Source of the DNA: Escherichia phage EC148
Sequence record: NC_106721.1
Reading direction: 5' to 3' (one strand)
DNA: 64,000 nt
Made by a program: the position numbers and the translations under genes. Each line of letters begins with the position of its first letter. Position 1 is the stretch's first letter. Positions 19,603 through 29,450 of the stretch are shown one piece after another. The notes under the pieces were generated by a model. The model made no database searches and was not told the origin of the DNA. It saw only the letters and a list, made by a program, of their open reading frames with translations.

Positions 19603-19891
19603 AGTCCTCTGGATTATCATCCAGGAAATTTTTAATAGCTTCGTGCATAGTTTCTTTACGAAGCTGACGTCCAATCAAAATATGGTTAGCTTCTACTCGA
19701 CCATTAGGTAAGCGATCTGCCAGAACTACTACAGGAACTTGGCGCACACCAAATTTCTGCATTAATTCTGTATTATCAGTCTCTTTATGGATTTCCAAAT
19801 TATAGTCATTGACTACTTTATCAAATACTGGCTCAAACATTTTGCAAGGATTGCAAGTGGAACCTTTTAATAGGTATACTAATTTACTCAT
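19601..19891 (-). CDS. thioredoxin/glutaredoxin-like redoxin
   Basis: 96 aa with CNPC active-site-like motif. Confidence 0.5.
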   Translation of the reverse strand: MSKLVYLLKGSTCNPCKMFEPVFDKVVNDYNLEIHKETDNTELMQKFGVRQVPVVVLADRLPNGRVEANHILIGRQLRKETMHEAIKNFLDDNPED

Positions 19892-20315
19892 AGTTATTAA
19901 TGGCCTCTAAGAAGTTTTTCATAGTTTTTACGGTTGCGGTGCTCAGATCAAGATTTACACCCAAACACTCGGTTAATGCTTCCTGATAAGGAGCTTTTAA
20001 TCTGCCTTCCGGGACTTCTACCTTCTTATATTCTTTATTTTTGACCTTTTTAATCATAGTCTCTAGTACAAGAAGCGGTAATTTAGCACCTTCAATATCA
20101 GTACCCAAAAGTTCAGTTAAAATTTTATTAAGATCAAGACGAGTTAACTTTTTGCCCTTAGACATAGATGCACCTACCTTTGTATCAATAGATTTTTCCG
20201 CTTTCTTTTCGAGCTTTTTGTACTCAGGAGAGTCATGATCACGGAGTGCAATGTTTAGCTCGTAATGTGGTATACGAAAATGTTCCGCCATTTGAGTATA
20301 GAAACGATCAGACAT
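19884..20315 (-). CDS. hypothetical protein
   Basis: 143 aa ORF. Confidence 0.45.
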   Translation of the reverse strand: MSDRFYTQMAEHFRIPHYELNIALRDHDSPEYKKLEKKAEKSIDTKVGASMSKGKKLTRLDLNKILTELLGTDIEGAKLPLLVLETMIKKVKNKEYKKVEVPEGRLKAPYQEALTECLGVNLDLSTATVKTMKNFLEAINNYE

Positions 20316-20390
20316 AATATATACCTCTCTTAACTAATTTATGTATATATAATATAATAACTAGGGCTAAAAGTCAACTACTTTTTTATC

Positions 20391-20807
20391 TTAATCTACT
20401 GCATGTATAAATTTTTTCCTAACTAGATACATAGTTATTGGGTAAATTGAGTACATAAGTATCGGGGAGAAAAGGGTGAAATACGCTGTAACTCCCCCAG
20501 CTAACATCAAAGGTATTAATGCTAGAGTAAGGGCCATAAGAATCATACCGAATGAAACAGCCAAAGCTATGGATATAGGATTCTCTAGTTCCATCCATAA
20601 CCAACAATATTTCGTATCTCTATGGCAATTGCATTTACAAACGCCGAATGAACCCATAATTATATACTCTAGTCCGTGAATAACCTTTATTAATAAGCTA
20701 TTTCGGGTAGTTAATGCAATGATAGTAAAGACTATCATTAAAACGAATACTACTAGACTTATTTTCCAGATACCTAGCAGCATCATAGTGAATAGTTCTG
20801 CAAACAT
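20391..20807 (-). CDS. multi-pass membrane protein
   Basis: 138 aa with 3-4 hydrophobic segments. Confidence 0.45.
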   Translation of the reverse strand: MFAELFTMMLLGIWKISLVVFVLMIVFTIIALTTRNSLLIKVIHGLEYIIMGSFGVCKCNCHRDTKYCWLWMELENPISIALAVSFGMILMALTLALIPLMLAGGVTAYFTLFSPILMYSIYPITMYLVRKKFIHAVD

Positions 20808-20835
20808 GGCTTTCTCCTATCTTCAAAAATTATTA

Positions 20836-20874
20836 AAGCCCCCTTTGCCTAAAAAGGCGGGAATATTCCCGCCT
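20836..20874 (-). terminator. rho-independent terminator candidate
   Basis: stem GCGGGAATATTCCCGC followed by U-tract on the minus strand, directly after the endolysin stop. Confidence 0.5.
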
Positions 20875-20884
20875 CAGTTATTAA

Positions 20885-21298
20885 TTAAACTAGTTCGACA
20901 TGACCGCCATCATAGGTACCACGTTTTATTTCGTCGTGATAATCTCCCGAAGCATTCCAATCAGCACCAAAACGAAGTTTAATGCCTAGTTCTTTACCCG
21001 CTTGTTCAAAAGCCTTTTTAACTGCCCAAAATGCTTCTAAATCATTCCAATCAATTTTGCCATTAATGTATGGAGCAAAATCAAGGGCATCCCCAGTAAT
21101 ATGCTTGCTTTTACTAGGATCTTTTAAAAATGAAGTACCATTAGCAATATTCTGGGCACTTTGTGCTACTGTACGAATACCCTGTACGATCGTGAAATCA
21201 TATGGAGATAATTCTAAAGCTCTACGAGCTACTTTTTGTAGCTCTGGCTTAACGGTAGCTAATTGTTTTTCGCTATTTTTACCAAATTTAAAACTCAT
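20885..21298 (-). CDS. lys: endolysin, L-alanyl-D-glutamate peptidase (M15 family)
   Basis: 137 aa; H...D...H zinc-peptidase pattern (SKHITGD ... DGGHVEL); from memory the sequence looks near-identical to the T5 endolysin. Confidence 0.8.
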   Translation of the reverse strand: MSFKFGKNSEKQLATVKPELQKVARRALELSPYDFTIVQGIRTVAQSAQNIANGTSFLKDPSKSKHITGDALDFAPYINGKIDWNDLEAFWAVKKAFEQAGKELGIKLRFGADWNASGDYHDEIKRGTYDGGHVELV

Positions 21299-21951
21299 AT
21301 TGATCTACCTAAAGATCTCTGTTGTGGGGAACAGAGCTTTGTTAAATATTCCTTAAATTTCTCAGAATCGGCTGCATCTACAGGATTATCTTTCCAAGCA
21401 ATACCAATATATCCAGCATAGATATTGTTTAGATTGAAATATGGACAAGTGTATATGTAATTAAAAGTAACGTTCTTAAACGCAGGTATATTTAACCCCG
21501 TATATTTATTTACTCTTACACTTAAATCCGATGCGTAGTTAAAGCCCTCTAAGTGACGTCTGTATAGCTCAGACGTTTTATTTACTGCTTTATCGGCCAA
21601 GTCAGCCCTATCTAATTGCGCATTGCTTTCCCATGCAATAATGTTAGAATAATCATTAATGGCATCGGGTTTATACTTGACTACAAAAACAGCATCCGCA
21701 CCCGTTTGAGAAAAGAGTACCATGCTCTTTTCTCTAGCTACATTAGGAAAGTTATCTATCCTTTGAGTTTGAACATCCTGTAGAACCGCAGACGTGGAGA
21801 AAGTCTTTAAGAATGACATCACCTCGCTAGTATTACTAACAAATAAGAAAATAATGACAGCAACTAAGATAGTTAGCAGACGTTTAAGAAGCGATGCTGG
21901 ATCTTTCGCTTCTTGGAGCAGTACCGTTAATAATTGTAAGAACTTTTCCAA
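21295..21951 (-). CDS. hol: holin
   Basis: 218 aa with N-terminal TM helix, immediately upstream of and overlapping the endolysin gene. Confidence 0.6.
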   Translation of the reverse strand: MEKFLQLLTVLLQEAKDPASLLKRLLTILVAVIIFLFVSNTSEVMSFLKTFSTSAVLQDVQTQRIDNFPNVAREKSMVLFSQTGADAVFVVKYKPDAINDYSNIIAWESNAQLDRADLADKAVNKTSELYRRHLEGFNYASDLSVRVNKYTGLNIPAFKNVTFNYIYTCPYFNLNNIYAGYIGIAWKDNPVDAADSEKFKEYLTKLCSPQQRSLGRSI

Positions 21952-22065
21952 TTGTAACCTCCTCTAACCAGTACCATTATACTAATTTTGGAGGAAAATT
22001 ACAATGTGTTTTTAAAGATTTTCTTTGGAGCACAAAATTTTGTCGTTGTCAAGAAGAATTTTAGA

Positions 22066-22099
22066 TAAAAGAAAAGCCAGGGTCGTTAAACCCTGGCTT
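22066..22099 (-). terminator. rho-independent terminator candidate
   Basis: stem AGCCAGGGT/ACCCTGGCT with U-tract on minus strand. Confidence 0.55.
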
Positions 22100-22107
22100 A
22101 AAACTAC

Positions 22108-22707
22108 TTACTCTTCTTTATGCTCCTCTGATTGAGGTAACTGGGCTTTATTATACTGCTCAGATCGATATTTTGCCAAGATTTCAATACGCTTATGGAT
22201 TTCTTTGCTATCTAGATAGATATTTTTGTTGTCTTTTACCATCTCATCGATTTCGTCTATTGAGAAAAACGGATAGTAGACATCTAGCATCATATCTTCT
22301 ACGAACTTGTTGTAAGATTCATAGGCTTTCTTGATTTCTTGACCCTTCTCACAGAATCCGCCAGAGAACGTGTGTCCCATTAGTGTAGCATGTGGATGTA
22401 CTACCCACCCATGACAGGATAGGAAAATTGTGCAGTAAGCAGAAGCACTAGGACCAACCAGATGTCCTATAACTGTTCCACGGCAATTAGCAATTAAGTT
22501 AGATAACTGTGCAGCAGTATCAACATAACCACCAGGGCCATTAATCATCAGATTAATTTCGTCGTCCTCATTTGCTTGCATAAGTACCATTGATAAATCA
22601 CGGTATTCATCCGGCGGGCCTAATTCTTCATCAAAGAAAAAGGTATACTCATTAGATTGGCGAATGGAGTGAAACAGGTTAGTCTTTTCTTCTTTTTTAT
22701 TAGTCAT
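22108..22707 (-). CDS. ClpP-like serine peptidase (putative)
   Basis: 199 aa; GPGGYVD ... GPSASAY ... H pattern resembles S14/S49 peptidases. Confidence 0.4.
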   Translation of the reverse strand: MTNKKEEKTNLFHSIRQSNEYTFFFDEELGPPDEYRDLSMVLMQANEDDEINLMINGPGGYVDTAAQLSNLIANCRGTVIGHLVGPSASAYCTIFLSCHGWVVHPHATLMGHTFSGGFCEKGQEIKKAYESYNKFVEDMMLDVYYPFFSIDEIDEMVKDNKNIYLDSKEIHKRIEILAKYRSEQYNKAQLPQSEEHKEE

Positions 22708-22719
22708 AGTGATCCTTGA

Positions 22720-23472
22720 TTATCCAACTAGTGGTTCTAGCTCTAAGTCACAGAAGTTATAAACTTCTAGTTTAAGGTTATTGATACCATCGAATTTATT
22801 AACTAATTCGTGAGTAATATATTTTGCAGGAATACCACTTTCAGATGGATGATCTGATTTAATAGTGAACTTCTGCTCAGCGGGTACTACATTTACTATC
22901 AAAGAATCCATATCTAAATGGTTTGTTTCTCTGAGTAACTCTCCTTCATTGGGGAATCTAACATCTGTTATTACGGCGACATCTGGGTCGTCTTTAGCGA
23001 TGGATTGCTCCAGAATTATGAGCCAAATGCGTTCATGCACCAGCTGCCTTCCTAGCTCTGTCCCTACGAGCTGTAACATTTTTCTCGGAGAAATAAATAA
23101 GCTATAAAGACCGTCTTCTTTATTCTCTGATATAAGTTGTTGAGGATTAAGATATTTTTCCTCAAAAATAGGCCAAACGTACGAGAAGTCTTCAAACTTA
23201 TCGATACCGTACTTAAACCACACATCCCTGGCTCGTTCCAACTGAGATTGTGTGACCGTAAACCATTGGTCAATCTCTTTTCCCCTGCGCTCTCCTAGAA
23301 ACTCTGGAGTTACACCGAGGATTACGGATGCAAGTTCATAAACGGGCTTAGCAAAACTATAACGACGAGATAAACACGTTGGATACGTGTCATTACACCA
23401 ATCGATAATTAATTTTGCAACGGTATCTTTTCCCGAACCAGCTTCACCATGTAAACCGACTAATACTGACAT
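22720..23472 (-). CDS. dnk: deoxynucleoside monophosphate kinase (P-loop)
   Basis: 250 aa; N-terminal Walker A GLHGEAGSGKDT. Confidence 0.55.
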   Translation of the reverse strand: MSVLVGLHGEAGSGKDTVAKLIIDWCNDTYPTCLSRRYSFAKPVYELASVILGVTPEFLGERRGKEIDQWFTVTQSQLERARDVWFKYGIDKFEDFSYVWPIFEEKYLNPQQLISENKEDGLYSLFISPRKMLQLVGTELGRQLVHERIWLIILEQSIAKDDPDVAVITDVRFPNEGELLRETNHLDMDSLIVNVVPAEQKFTIKSDHPSESGIPAKYITHELVNKFDGINNLKLEVYNFCDLELEPLVG

Positions 23473-23825
23473 TAATCTTTCCTATTGTTAATTGGTGGAT
23501 AGTAAACTAAGCAACGTTTTTCTTGTAAATCTTGACGATAGAAGCAGACCATACCAGTCAGTCGTGAAATGTAAGAGTAAACTGCTTCCTCACATTTTGC
23601 TTTTGCATTCCAATCTTTGTATGGTATAACAACTACTACGCCATCTTCTCCATTTGTAGCTAATTTCTTTTCAAACTTAAAGTCAAAGCTACAAGGTTGA
23701 AGTCCTTTAGGCCAGTCTACATGAGCTTGCTTTAACTCATGAGATGGCTCTGGTTTTATTTCTTCTGCACAGCCTGTGATTGTGATTGTGGCTGCGAGCA
23801 GTACTCCAAGTTTCCAGTTAAACAC
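23472..23825 (-). CDS. lipoprotein, outer-membrane spanin candidate
   Basis: 117 aa; signal peptide plus lipobox ITGC; overlaps upstream membrane protein gene. Confidence 0.45.
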   Translation of the reverse strand: MFNWKLGVLLAATITITGCAEEIKPEPSHELKQAHVDWPKGLQPCSFDFKFEKKLATNGEDGVVVVIPYKDWNAKAKCEEAVYSYISRLTGMVCFYRQDLQEKRCLVYYPPINNRKD

Positions 23826-24205
23826 GCTAATCTTTCCTCGAACTCTTTATTCTGCTTTTTAGCAATCAATGTTACCAATCCAGGTTTTGCAGCGATAACA
23901 TCTTGACGACTAAGAGCTTTATCTAGCTGCTTAATCTTTTTGTCTAGATCTGCTTGAGAAATATTATTCATCGTGAAATACTGATTCATTCTAGTCTCAC
24001 GAAGTTCACTTTCAGCTTTCACCTTATTAAGGGAAGTCTCTAGAGAAGAGATCTTTTTAGTAGCTACTGCAAGATCTCCCGCTAAAGTCTCCACTTTATC
24101 TACTAAGTGATAAGCACCGAATCCGATGCCTATCGCTAGACCTGCTCCCAGGATATACCACTTACCGTGCCATATTCCTGAAAGAAGTTTTTGTATCAAA
24201 TCCAT
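23756..24205 (-). CDS. inner-membrane spanin candidate
   Basis: 149 aa; N-terminal TM helix then coiled-coil; 3' end overlaps the lipoprotein gene. Confidence 0.45.
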   Translation of the reverse strand: MDLIQKLLSGIWHGKWYILGAGLAIGIGFGAYHLVDKVETLAGDLAVATKKISSLETSLNKVKAESELRETRMNQYFTMNNISQADLDKKIKQLDKALSRQDVIAAKPGLVTLIAKKQNKEFEERLACLTGNLEYCSQPQSQSQAVQKK

Positions 24206-24860
24206 GCGCTGCTAACCTGTCTTTATCTGATACTTTAATCATATCAGGCTCACCAGTTCCTAGTACTCCAAAGATATACTGTTCGAGAACTTGGTGTAAA
24301 CGGTATAAGTTACTTTCAATTTCCTGCCACGGAATACCTGATTGATGGAAACGAATGTTAGTCTGAATCACGAAGTTACGAACATCATCGTTATCGTTCT
24401 TTTTAATACCTTTCACATATGCAATCGGTACACGCAGTTCGGATAAGATACGTTCTGCTTTAGGTTTTGCTTCCGCGAGCAAATCACGCATTGTTTCACG
24501 AACATCTCCGCGACTCTTATCCATTAAATAAGAGCGAGCATGCAATCCCATCTCTTCCATTTTATCGAACATAGTGTCGAGGTTGAACGTTTTGAAGCTA
24601 AATGCTGGATGCCAGCAGTACAGCTCGTGTAACCAGTAAACTTCACCTGCAACAAATAGTGGGTTTACAAAATATTCGAAATCACCACGGAAAGATAGCG
24701 AACCATCACGAAATACCTGGCGAGTATGCACAATGTTCTTTTCTGCATCATCGGTTACTTTGACCAGCAACTCTTCAGTTTTACGTTCCCAAACACGATC
24801 TGGGTCGAACAAACTGTTCTGCAAGTCATACACATCGGCGAACTTAGAAATAATCCTCAT
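24162..24860 (-). CDS. hypothetical protein
   Basis: 232 aa ORF. Confidence 0.5.
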   Translation of the reverse strand: MRIISKFADVYDLQNSLFDPDRVWERKTEELLVKVTDDAEKNIVHTRQVFRDGSLSFRGDFEYFVNPLFVAGEVYWLHELYCWHPAFSFKTFNLDTMFDKMEEMGLHARSYLMDKSRGDVRETMRDLLAEAKPKAERILSELRVPIAYVKGIKKNDNDDVRNFVIQTNIRFHQSGIPWQEIESNLYRLHQVLEQYIFGVLGTGEPDMIKVSDKDRLAAHGFDTKTSFRNMAR

Positions 24861-24891
24861 ATTTAATCCTCTTGCCTCAATCTATAAACAT

Positions 24892-24920
24892 ATTATACAA
24901 AAGTTTGGGCATCTAAGCAA
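24892..24920 (-). promoter_or_regulatory. early promoter, TTGCTT-17-TATAAT
   Basis: conserved cassette. Confidence 0.55.
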
Positions 24921-25014
24921 CTAAAATTTTATTATAAAAATAGCCCAGTCGCAAAAGTGCAGGCTGGGCTTTGTCATTATTTGCTTTTGCTAGTAAGTTG
25001 ATTTAGTATCAATC

Positions 25015-25395
25015 TTATGTAATATTAGTTTCTCTAGCTTTGCGTAGTACCCCTGCGTTTCTCCACAATTTGATGTCGGCAACTGTTTCTTTATATGGAG
25101 CAATGGTAGAACCAATTGGGCCAGCAACTAATAGTCCAAAGAACCCTACAATACGCATGTAGAACAAGCATTCTTTGGCTGTCATATTATTTACTGCTTT
25201 TTTCTGCTTTTCATCTTTAAACTTCTGTTCTTGATCATCAATACGTAGATACTTAACAAACCATTCAGCAGAATGTTCATCCAAATGTCTAATAATAGCT
25301 ATCGCATATCCAGCACCGATTAAAAACCAAGTTGTAACAAGAATTAGTAATATAGTCATATTATCTCCAGTTATGGCTAGCAGCCACCTCACCAC
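25015..25395 (-). CDS. membrane protein
   Basis: 126 aa, several hydrophobic segments. Confidence 0.4.
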   Translation of the reverse strand: MVRWLLAITGDNMTILLILVTTWFLIGAGYAIAIIRHLDEHSAEWFVKYLRIDDQEQKFKDEKQKKAVNNMTAKECLFYMRIVGFFGLLVAGPIGSTIAPYKETVADIKLWRNAGVLRKARETNIT

Positions 25396-25469
25396 TTACC
25401 GCACTAAGGGGCACGACTCCCTTATCCGTAACAGTTGCAGGTGACGCAACTCGGTCCTACGCGAGTTCT

Positions 25470-25754
25470 TTAGGTATTCTGCATTTCAGCTTTAAATTTT
25501 TTCATATTACGAGTCTTTCTATAAAAGAAAAACACAGATGTTGGGCCTAGAAGAATATCCACAATAAATATCATAGATCTAGCACATCTGAGTAATGTTT
25601 TATCATCAAGAGGAGGCAGATCTAACGGTCGAGTTTTATGTATAACGTATAATATTACATCTTTATTCTTAGAAATATACAGATCATCAACCAAGCTGTA
25701 AATAGCTACTATAGATCCAATGACGAACCAAAGGGCAAATGGAGAGATAATCAT
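25470..25754 (-). CDS. membrane protein
   Basis: 94 aa, hydrophobic. Confidence 0.4.
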   Translation of the reverse strand: MIISPFALWFVIGSIVAIYSLVDDLYISKNKDVILYVIHKTRPLDLPPLDDKTLLRCARSMIFIVDILLGPTSVFFFYRKTRNMKKFKAEMQNT

Positions 25755-26047
25755 TTCAGATCCTTTTCATTAATTAGAATATTAGTAAACAGTGGAGTAA
25801 CTCCTAGACTCATAGTAGGTCCAAACGTATTCATGGCTACCCACAATTGCATAGTAATCATCCCATCTTTAATCTCTGGATCTTTATATTCTTCGATACG
25901 TTTTTTAGCAAAGGCAACTACATCTGGAGTACTACCGTTCTTTACAACATGATCATGCCAAAACTGAGCGTTTTCACTCCGTAGGAATGTTAAAACATCC
26001 TTAGTTGCTGGAATCTGCACTGTGCTATTGATGTTTAGTCTTTTCAC
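25751..26047 (-). CDS. hypothetical protein
   Basis: 98 aa ORF. Confidence 0.4.
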   Translation of the reverse strand: MKRLNINSTVQIPATKDVLTFLRSENAQFWHDHVVKNGSTPDVVAFAKKRIEEYKDPEIKDGMITMQLWVAMNTFGPTMSLGVTPLFTNILINEKDLK

Positions 26048-26444
26048 GTTCTTCTCTCCGACGTTTAGATTCTTTCATCATATGAGCTGCTACAACTTCG
26101 TGGTAGTAGTCATTAATGTTATCTTCTGGCAAGAAATGCTTAATAGTCTCTAGCTGACAAATAACTCGATGAAGATGGTTATTTGGTAGACACAATTTTA
26201 TGCCTGCAACAAATCCAGAGAAGCCTGGAACACTGAACATGGGTTGGGCTTCTACTCTACCTTCAGGGTTGATATTAAGCTCAATTGAGATACCCATTTT
26301 CATACTATAAAGCTGGCAATATTCTCCATTACCAGACCTTGACCAAACAGTGAAATCCTCATCAATTTGATCTTGGATTTCTGTAATTGCAAATTTAATT
26401 CTAGGGTCTAAATTATTCATCTTCACCTTCAAAGTCGCAATCAT
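26025..26444 (-). CDS. hypothetical protein
   Basis: 139 aa ORF. Confidence 0.45.
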   Translation of the reverse strand: MIATLKVKMNNLDPRIKFAITEIQDQIDEDFTVWSRSGNGEYCQLYSMKMGISIELNINPEGRVEAQPMFSVPGFSGFVAGIKLCLPNNHLHRVICQLETIKHFLPEDNINDYYHEVVAAHMMKESKRRREEREKTKHQ

Positions 26445-26715
26445 AACGACAAGTAAAAGAACTGGAGCTATTAGTACGTTGGGTGGTTATTTCACCGCGT
26501 TTGCTAATAGTAATGGCTGGAGTAGAGAAGTTTTTATTAGTATAGATTTCTACTTTACCATTACGTTCCTTAACATCACGAACTTTACCATACTCGGTAA
26601 TAATGCCGTTCTGTTGGACTTTAACATTACCATTTTTCATAGAAACTTTGGTAGACGCCAGAGAACCGAAACTAACTGCGGAGATCATCAGTGCAATAAT
26701 AAACTTATTCATCTT
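26413..26715 (-). CDS. secreted protein (signal peptide)
   Basis: start taken at MKMNKFIIALMISAVSFGSLA, a typical signal peptide. Confidence 0.4.
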   Translation of the reverse strand, partial: KMNKFIIALMISAVSFGSLASTKVSMKNGNVKVQQNGIITEYGKVRDVKERNGKVEIYTNKNFSTPAITISKRGEITTQRTNSSSSFTCRYDCDFEGEDE

Positions 26716-26986
26716 CATCCTCCCCACTACAATCACGACATACATCATAATCATTGAAAGAACGTTCGTGAGCTTCACACCACCAAGAACAAGAATTGCA
26801 GAGGAACATTTCGGTTTTCTCCAGTGCTTGACCTAAAAGATCATCAGCTTCCTCAGCAGTAATCTTCAATCCGCACACATCTGCCACACGTTCTTTAATT
26901 AAACGACCTGCTTCGTGGTAAGACATACAGGTTCCAGCAACATCATGCTCAAGAACATGAACAGCACAGTCTAGACGAGTTTTCAT
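26705..26986 (-). CDS. Cys-rich zinc-ribbon-like protein
   Basis: 93 aa; CNSCSWWC ... CRDC. Confidence 0.4.
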   Translation of the reverse strand: MKTRLDCAVHVLEHDVAGTCMSYHEAGRLIKERVADVCGLKITAEEADDLLGQALEKTEMFLCNSCSWWCEAHERSFNDYDVCRDCSGEDEDE

Positions 26987-27016
26987 TTCAAACCTCTCTC
27001 ATCAATTTATAAACAT

Positions 27017-27045
27017 ATTATAGCAAGAAAAGAGAGGTTTAGCAA
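27017..27045 (-). promoter_or_regulatory. early promoter, TTGCTA-17-TATAAT
   Basis: conserved cassette. Confidence 0.55.
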
Positions 27046-27062
27046 ATGAATTATTTCAGAAT

Positions 27063-27410
27063 TTAGTCATAGCACCACCATAACCCACGCTTACGCATGT
27101 CATGATCGCGATTATAGTCGTAATTTTCTGGATCTTTCATCACGCGGTGAAGTTCTTGACGATTCCCTTGACGAACCATTTTATTAGAGTGCCACTTAAC
27201 ATTCTTACTAATGGAATTCCAGTTATAACCATCCTTTTTCTCATTACGAATGGTTGCTTCCTTCATTTCTTTTTTGATGTCGTCCCAGGATTTGGCATAA
27301 ATAACACGAATCCAGTAGCCATTTTCTTTGAAGAAAGAATATTCTTGAGAGAAGTGTTCTTTAGACTTCCACCACTGATCACCAGATTGTTTACGATAAG
27401 TACGGCTCAT
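27063..27410 (-). CDS. hypothetical basic protein
   Basis: 115 aa, Trp/Lys-rich. Confidence 0.4.
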   Translation of the reverse strand: MSRTYRKQSGDQWWKSKEHFSQEYSFFKENGYWIRVIYAKSWDDIKKEMKEATIRNEKKDGYNWNSISKNVKWHSNKMVRQGNRQELHRVMKDPENYDYNRDHDMRKRGLWWCYD

Positions 27411-27531
27411 ATTACCTCCATTAAGTCTTTTAAATTAACCTAATGTGGATGAATTTTATTATACATATATTATGTACCTTTATACAGAAAAACCCCAGAC
27501 TACTTATTCAATAGCTGGGGTTTGTTATTAA

Positions 27532-27846
27532 TTACAGATCGGGGCGTTCATCTTCGGAATAGCCTGAGCTGATTCCTTCTCCGAATCCTACAAAGCCATC
27601 AAATTCATCATTTGAGATGCCCATAATCATTGCTTCCATTTTCCTAATCTCCGAAATTTTCATGCCTGCTTTACTATTCTTATAATATTTGCGAGGGTTC
27701 CCGCACATCCAACAAGAACAGATGCAAGGAGTAGTAATGATAATACCTAACCGCTTAGGGCTTTCTTCATGTGGAAAGACTGTCCAATACTTCTTGCGGT
27801 TGTTCTTCACACGTTGCCGGTGATGGCGTCTTAATGCTCGATCCAC
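27532..27846 (-). CDS. hypothetical protein
   Basis: 104 aa, basic N-terminus and Cys cluster. Confidence 0.4.
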   Translation of the reverse strand: MDRALRRHHRQRVKNNRKKYWTVFPHEESPKRLGIIITTPCICSCWMCGNPRKYYKNSKAGMKISEIRKMEAMIMGISNDEFDGFVGFGEGISSGYSEDERPDL

Positions 27847-27927
27847 ACATTTCTCCTAAAACTTGGGAGATAAACGGAGTTTGCTCGACTACCTCACGTA
27901 GTTCGGAGAAATCGTACCCAAACCCCA

Positions 27928-28296
27928 TTACATCGCCTGAGTAAATGTACGACTAATAACGTCGTTCTGTTGTTCACGAGTCAGTGCGTTAAATCGAACA
28001 GCGTAGCCAGAGACACGGATGGTCAACTGAGGATATTTTTCAGGATGTTTCTGCGCATCCAAAAGCTGATCACAGCTTAACACATTGACATTTAGGTGCT
28101 GACCACCTTCGATTTGAGGGGCGACTTCCACTTTGACTTCACGGAAGGCTTCGGGATCGAATTGTGGTGTGATACCTTCTAGATCTTCAACTAGAACTTT
28201 CTGTTTAAGTTCACCGTTGTCGGAGTATAGCTGAATAATCTGATTTTCATGAACAAGGTTAATTACGCCAGATTTAAGATTTTGATATGCTTTCAT
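27928..28296 (-). CDS. grcA: autonomous glycyl-radical cofactor (GrcA/YfiD-like)
   Basis: 122 aa; C-terminal [10 protein letters not shown] ... [24 protein letters not shown] ... RTF matches the GrcA / PFL C-terminal glycyl-radical signature (RVSGY). Confidence 0.75.
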   Translation of the reverse strand: MKAYQNLKSGVINLVHENQIIQLYSDNGELKQKVLVEDLEGITPQFDPEAFREVKVEVAPQIEGGQHLNVNVLSCDQLLDAQKHPEKYPQLTIRVSGYAVRFNALTREQQNDVISRTFTQAM

Positions 28297-28338
28297 TAGA
28301 TCTCCCCGATGTTAGAATTTGGCTCAGCTATTTATTCT

Positions 28339-28533
28339 TTATACTTTTCCATAGTATACGGAAACTGTCTTACCAGTTTGGTTCATGACATATGCTACTT
28401 CATCTTCTTTTAAAAAGATGGCTTGGTCTACTCCAACTATAGCCAATCTTTTATTTCTAGGATTAAAGCTTACACTTTTGCCTGTATGAATCTGTTCCCC
28501 ATTCTTGGCTGACATTATTTTAATTGTTAACAT
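28339..28533 (-). CDS. hypothetical protein
   Basis: 64 aa ORF. Confidence 0.35.
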   Translation of the reverse strand: MLTIKIMSAKNGEQIHTGKSVSFNPRNKRLAIVGVDQAIFLKEDEVAYVMNQTGKTVSVYYGKV

Positions 28534-28570
28534 AGCTGCTCCTAAAGTTAGCTATCTCTAGCTCTTTTAA

Positions 28571-28646
28571 TGGTAGTTAGTAGTGGATTTGAACCACTGT
28601 AGTCGCTCCGTATGAAGGAGGTGCATAACCACTCTGCCAACTAACT
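28571..28646 (-). tRNA. tRNA, anticodon CAU (Met or Ile-lysidine)
   Basis: 76 nt; paired acceptor ends, T-arm GGATTTGAACC, anticodon loop TTCATAC, encoded CCA. Confidence 0.6.
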
Positions 28647-28813
28647 AGTTAATTCTTTATAGGTTAGATCTAGAAGATCTTTCTTACTGATAAGTCCTTC
28701 TCTATATTGGTCAATAAACATATCTATTCTAGAGTTCTCTGAGACTTCTATATCAGAAAGTTCAGCAAATATTTTTGCAAGTTTATCAATATCTTCCATA
28801 CATAACCTTAATT

Positions 28814-28890
28814 TGGTACTCCGGGAGGGATTTAAACCCCCGGTCTCTCGGTTATCAGCCGAGTGCTTTAGCTCGCTAAGCTACCGAAGC
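28814..28890 (-). tRNA. tRNA-Ile (GAU)
   Basis: 77 nt cloverleaf by hand; anticodon loop CTGATAA; encoded CCA. Confidence 0.6.
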
Positions 28891-28891
28891 A

Positions 28892-29119
28892 TTAACATTT
28901 TGCAGCAGAACGTTTGCCATTTCTAGGTGCACCTGGAAGTCGTGCACGTTCTGCCATTCTTCGCTTAATCTTTGAGATATTTTCTAGTGTTTGTTCTTCA
29001 GGCTTAATACCTGAAACACTACACCACTGATTACCATCCCATGCGGTAATGATCATAACACCATTACTCATGATCTTTTCTGTAAAAGTAATCCTCATTA
29101 TAGCAACTCGTCTAAGCAA
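28892..29119 (-). CDS. hypothetical protein
   Basis: 75 aa ORF between tRNAs. Confidence 0.3.
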   Translation of the reverse strand: MLRRVAIMRITFTEKIMSNGVMIITAWDGNQWCSVSGIKPEEQTLENISKIKRRMAERARLPGAPRNGKRSAAKC

Positions 29120-29391
29120 GAGGTATATTTAAGTTTACCATCTTTATCTACTTTGATTTCGACTTCCGCTCGTGGTACTTGACGAACTACACCATGAATC
29201 ATCTTATAGCGAATGCCTTTAGCTGGTTCATGCTCTTTTGGAAATACTTGCTTAACCGTTACTACCTTAAAACCCTCACGCGGTGTTAACACTACTACTT
29301 GATCACCTTCTTTGATCTTCCAAGAGCCAGGAAATTCATAGGTATAGCGTTGACCACCAGTTTGGAACACAACAGAAAGATAACGTTTCAT
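29098..29391 (-). CDS. hypothetical protein
   Basis: 97 aa ORF directly downstream of a conserved promoter/leader. Confidence 0.45.
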   Translation of the reverse strand: MKRYLSVVFQTGGQRYTYEFPGSWKIKEGDQVVVLTPREGFKVVTVKQVFPKEHEPAKGIRYKMIHGVVRQVPRAEVEIKVDKDGKLKYTSCLDELL

Positions 29392-29421
29392 TTGGCTTCC
29401 CTCTCATTAATTTATATAAAT

Positions 29422-29450
29422 ATTATAACAATAAATAAGAGAGAAAGCAA
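29422..29450 (-). promoter_or_regulatory. early promoter, TTGCTT-17-TATAAT
   Basis: conserved cassette; leader ...AATTAATGAGAGGGAAGCCAAATG. Confidence 0.6.
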
